The notes under the pieces were generated by a model. The model made no database searches. It saw only the letters and a program-made list of their open reading frames with translations, and was not told the origin of the DNA. This document shows positions 60,544-64,000 of a stretch of 64,000 nt of DNA, piece after piece. The translations under genes and the position numbers were made by a program. Origin of the DNA: Chloroflexota bacterium (GTDB lineage: Bacteria > Chloroflexota > UBA11872 > VXOZ01); assembly GCA_965221905.1 (NCBI GenBank), contig OZ244922.1, positions 2,240,001-2,304,000 of the forward strand, read 5' to 3'. Numbering within the stretch: the stretch's first letter is position 1; every line of letters begins with the position of its first letter.

Positions 60544-62906
60544 TGCGAGCCGACGAACTGGCGAAAGAAAATGAGACGCTGCGGGACCGCCTGTCCAAGT
60601 TGAGCGAGGCCAGCCTTCGCATCAATGAGAACCTGGAATTCGAGACGGTATTGCAGGGCATCCTTGACAACGCCCTGTCGCTGGCGGACGCCCGGTACGG
60701 CGTGATTACCCTCCTCGGCGAATCGGGTCAGTTGCGGGACTTTATTGCCTCCTGGCTTACTCCGGCAGAGTCCCTGGAGCTGTGGGACTTGCCGGACGGG
60801 ACTAAATTCTTTGAGTATCTCAACAGTCTCTCGGAGCCGCTGAGGGTCCAAGACTTCCAGGACCACATACGGTCGCAGGGCCTCTCCGGGATTGACCCTT
60901 CTGCCGTGTGGGCGATTCCTCCCAAGTCCTTCCTAGGGGTGCCGCTGCGCCACCGAGGCGAATGCGTTGGCTGCATATACGTTGGCGGGAAGAAAGCCGG
61001 CAAGGAGTTTACTGCCGAGGACGAGGAAACCCTGGTCATGTTCGCTTCGCAGGCAGCGCTCGTGATCGCAAACGCCCGCCGCTACCGAGACGAGCAGCGG
61101 GCCAAAGCCAACCTGGAGACCTTGATAAACACTGCTCCAGTGGGCGTCGCAGTGTTCGACGCAAGGACGGGAGCCCCAGTTTCGTTCAACGGGGAGGCTG
61201 TAAGAATTCTCGATGACCTGCGGACTCCGGACCATCCTCCCGAGAAACTTCTCGAAATACTGACATTTCGCCGGGCTGACGGGCGGGAGACTTCACTCGC
61301 AGAGTTTTCCCTGGCACAGGCCTTGAAGAATGCCGAGACAGTACGCGCGGAGACTATCGTCATCAAGGTCCCAGATGGCAGATCGGTGACAACACTTATC
61401 AGCGCCACGCCCATCCATTCGGAGGACGGAGAGGTCGAGACGGTTATCGTAACGGTTCAGGACATGACGCCGCTGGAGGAGCTGGAGCGGCTGCGCGCCG
61501 AGTTCCTGGGCATGGTGGGCCATGAACTCCGGACGCCTCTGACCTCAATCAAGGGCTCCGCCACCACCTTGCTGGAAGCCGCGTCCTCTCTCGATCCGGC
61601 CGAGATGCTTCAGTTCCACCGGATCATCAACGAGCAGGCCGACTACATGCGGGACCTGATCAGCGACCTCATCGACGTTGTGCGAATTGAGACGGGAACA
61701 CTGTCCGTCAAACCCGAGCCTGCGGAGGTCCCCAGACTGGTGGACGAGGCTAGGAATATCTTCCTCAGCGCGGGCGGTCGGAACAATATACGTATCAACC
61801 TTCCGCCGGACCTCCCTCAGGTCATGGCGGATAGGCGGCGCATCGTCCAGGTCATTACCAACCTCCTTTCCAACGCCTCAAGAAACTCCAACGAATCGTC
61901 CAGTATTCGGGTTAGCGCTGAACGAGAGGCCGTCCATGTCGCTGTCTCCGTCGCTGATGACGGCAGAGGCATGTCCGCCGAGCGCCTACCTCACCTATTC
62001 GGAAAGTTTTCCAACATCGAGGACCAGGGACGTAGCCGCGACCTGGGCCTGGGATTAGCCATCTGCAAGGGGATTGTGGAGGCTCACGGGGGCCGCATTT
62101 GGGCCGAGAGCGACGGGCCGGGCCTGGGCAGCCGTTTTACGTTCACAATTCCGTTGCCCGATGAGGCCGCGACGAGCGGAGCCGCCGCGCGGGACTCGAC
62201 CCATTCACAGCGGACAAAGAAGAGTGGAAAGACGCGCGTCCTTGCAGTGGATGACGACCCCCGGACACTGAAGCAGGTTCGTGACACGCTCTCGAATGCG
62301 GGCTGCGAGCCAATCGTGACCGGTGACCCCGATGAAGTATTATCCCTTTTGGAAGCCAACGAACCTCAAGTGGTTTTACTCGACCTGATGCTGCCGGGCA
62401 CCGACGGCATCGAGCTGATGAAAGACATCCTCGCCGTCCAAGACGTGCCGGTTATTTTCTTGTCCGCGTACGGCCAGGATGAAGTAATCGCCAGGGCCTT
62501 CGAAATGGGAGCCGTCGATTACATGGTCAAGCCCTTCTCACCCTCGGAGTTGGTGGCGAGGGTCAAAGCCGCCCGGCGCAAGCAGGCAGAGCCGTCTAAG
62601 CCCTTTGTTTTGGGGGATCTTGCCATCGACTACGCCACACGAAAAGTGGCCGTCGCCGGACGCCCGGTGGAGCTGACAGCCATTGAATATCGGCTGCTGG
62701 TCGAGTTGTCGGTTAACGCCGGAATCGCATTGACTCACGAGCAGCTACTGCAGCGGATCTGGAGCCTGGGCAGAGCCGGAGATGCCCGGCCCATGCGCAC
62801 GGCCGTTAAGAACCTCCGCCGCAAGCTGGGCGACGAAGTGATCAGTCCCAAGTACATTTTCACCGTGCCGCGCGTAGGTTATCGCATGGCAAAGGCTGAG
62901 GAGTAA
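60543..62906 (+). CDS. Hybrid signalling protein: GAF-PAS-HisKA-HATPase-REC-OmpR-type wHTH
   Basis: GAF FLGVPL...FTAEDEETL; PAS; H-box GHELRTPLTSIKG; NLLSNA and DDGRG; REC AVDDD, LLDLMLPG and KPF; wHTH LTAIEYRLL...LRRKLG...VGYRM. ATG overlaps the upstream TAA. Confidence 0.9.
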   Translation: MRADELAKENETLRDRLSKLSEASLRINENLEFETVLQGILDNALSLADARYGVITLLGESGQLRDFIASWLTPAESLELWDLPDGTKFFEYLNSLSEPLRVQDFQDHIRSQGLSGIDPSAVWAIPPKSFLGVPLRHRGECVGCIYVGGKKAGKEFTAEDEETLVMFASQAALVIANARRYRDEQRAKANLETLINTAPVGVAVFDARTGAPVSFNGEAVRILDDLRTPDHPPEKLLEILTFRRADGRETSLAEFSLAQALKNAETVRAETIVIKVPDGRSVTTLISATPIHSEDGEVETVIVTVQDMTPLEELERLRAEFLGMVGHELRTPLTSIKGSATTLLEAASSLDPAEMLQFHRIINEQADYMRDLISDLIDVVRIETGTLSVKPEPAEVPRLVDEARNIFLSAGGRNNIRINLPPDLPQVMADRRRIVQVITNLLSNASRNSNESSSIRVSAEREAVHVAVSVADDGRGMSAERLPHLFGKFSNIEDQGRSRDLGLGLAICKGIVEAHGGRIWAESDGPGLGSRFTFTIPLPDEAATSGAAARDSTHSQRTKKSGKTRVLAVDDDPRTLKQVRDTLSNAGCEPIVTGDPDEVLSLLEANEPQVVLLDLMLPGTDGIELMKDILAVQDVPVIFLSAYGQDEVIARAFEMGAVDYMVKPFSPSELVARVKAARRKQAEPSKPFVLGDLAIDYATRKVAVAGRPVELTAIEYRLLVELSVNAGIALTHEQLLQRIWSLGRAGDARPMRTAVKNLRRKLGDEVISPKYIFTVPRVGYRMAKAEE

Positions 62907-63253
62907 GTACCCGTCATGCCTGGTGGGCGTGGCGAGGGAATCCACTACCAAACCGTCTAACCTCTCTCTTGATTCACTATAGCGCCTTCCCGCTAAGAAC
63001 CAGGGCCCAGTCGCTAGTCTCGCATCGGATTTCAGCGAAGCCTCGCCACAATCGGCGCGCTCTGAAAATGACGCTCTCAGTTATGTCCCGTCCGTGGAGT
63101 GTCGCGATGCGAGGCAACCCGGTGTATCCGGCAGAATTGAGCGCGCCATAGTTGGTCTTGGCTATCGGCTTTGTAGCGTTCCGGATCCCGGCTTGGCGCG
63201 CTTCCGCCTCAGTCGCGTCAAAAGGGAGCGCCAAGCCCTGTTTTAGCCGGGAG

Positions 63254-64000
63254 TTACGGACTTACGCGGTCGTAGTTAGACCTAGGACCCGGACCGGCCT
63301 CGTTGATCGCCTTCACACGGTAGGTGTGGCGGGTCCCGGCGGTCACGTCTCTGTCAATAAAGGTCGTAGCCGTACTGCCGGTGTTCTCCACGTAGACAAT
63401 CAAGTTATCCTCCCCCATGGCAGGCCGGCGCCGCAAGATTTGGTATCCAGTGACGCTGTAATCATCGGGCGCATCCCACGTAAGTGTGATCGAGCCGTCG
63501 GAGTTCGCCGTCACCGACAGGTTCTGCGGTGCCGGTGGGGGCTCCGCCGCTTCCTCCTGGTCATCGATAATGGAGACAGTGGCCTCGGCAGTGCTCCCTG
63601 CGGTTACGCCGGTTGGGAATGTCCCGAACGTCAGTTTCACACTTTCTCCGTCGTCGTTGTCGTTGTCGGTGGCAGCGGAGAAGGTAATCGCCTTCTCCGT
63701 TTCACCACTAGCCAACGTCACGCTGCTCGGAACGCCGGAATAGTCGGAGTTGGATGCCCCGGCTTGGCCGGTCTTGGTGATCGGAATGGCGACCGTGCGC
63801 TCAGGATCGGCGCTCAAAGTGACCTTCACTGTGACTGTCTTGCCCTCGTCCACAGTGTAGGTGCCTTGCTCAAAGCTCACACCCACCGCAGGTACGTCAT
63901 CGTCCGTGATGCTCACCGTTGTCTCGGCTGTGCTCCCCTCGCTTACGTTGATGGGGAGTGTCCCGAAGTCCAGCTTCACGCTCTCTCCGTCATCGTTAAT
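63254..64000 (-). CDS. C-terminal part of a large surface protein with Calx-beta-like repeats and a terminal fibronectin type III domain (partial, runs off the right edge)
   Basis: Repeated DDGESVKL.FGT.P...TVSI.DD units; FN3 PPAPQNL...LTWDAP...GYQILRR...YRVKAIN..G.G. Confidence 0.8.
   Translation of the reverse strand: MNDDGESVKLDFGTLPINVSEGSTAETTVSITDDDVPAVGVSFEQGTYTVDEGKTVTVKVTLSADPERTVAIPITKTGQAGASNSDYSGVPSSVTLASGETEKAITFSAATDNDNDDGESVKLTFGTFPTGVTAGSTAEATVSIIDDQEEAAEPPPAPQNLSVTANSDGSITLTWDAPDDYSVTGYQILRRRPAMGEDNLIVYVENTGSTATTFIDRDVTAGTRHTYRVKAINEAGPGPRSNYDRVSP

Overview
Bacterial window, probably Chloroflexota; this is inferred from gene families (e.g. the FecR-domain gene beside acpS and the recombinase remnants), not from a marker gene. 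1-41.5 kb is mostly core or metabolic DNA: mobA, a selenocysteine formate dehydrogenase cluster (in-frame UGA plus SECIS-like hairpin, catalytic and Fe-S parts on separate genes, fused NuoE/F-like diaphorase), fdhD, sugar-acid and amine catabolic enzymes, nnr, an N-terminally extended acpS, a two-gene (split) MetE, and an mre11/sbcD-rad50/sbcC-nurA-HAS-barrel cluster with no adjacent HerA ATPase. From ~41.6 kb onward the window looks accessory and decaying around a tRNA-Val(GAC). It holds an exonuclease-RecQ-UvrD fusion broken by one in-frame TAG, an orphan sensor kinase, a Pro/Thr-stalked surface protein, a PLD-nuclease/P-loop NTPase fusion behind a CCWGG tandem repeat (best candidate for an uncharacterised defence system), purC, two putative serine-recombinase remnants, an HTH-membrane gene (one in-frame TAA) coupled to an all-in-one GAF-PAS-kinase-REC-wHTH protein, and the end of a Calx-beta/FN3 surface protein. 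No CRISPR array or rRNA was seen. All family calls come from reading motifs by eye; no searches were run.
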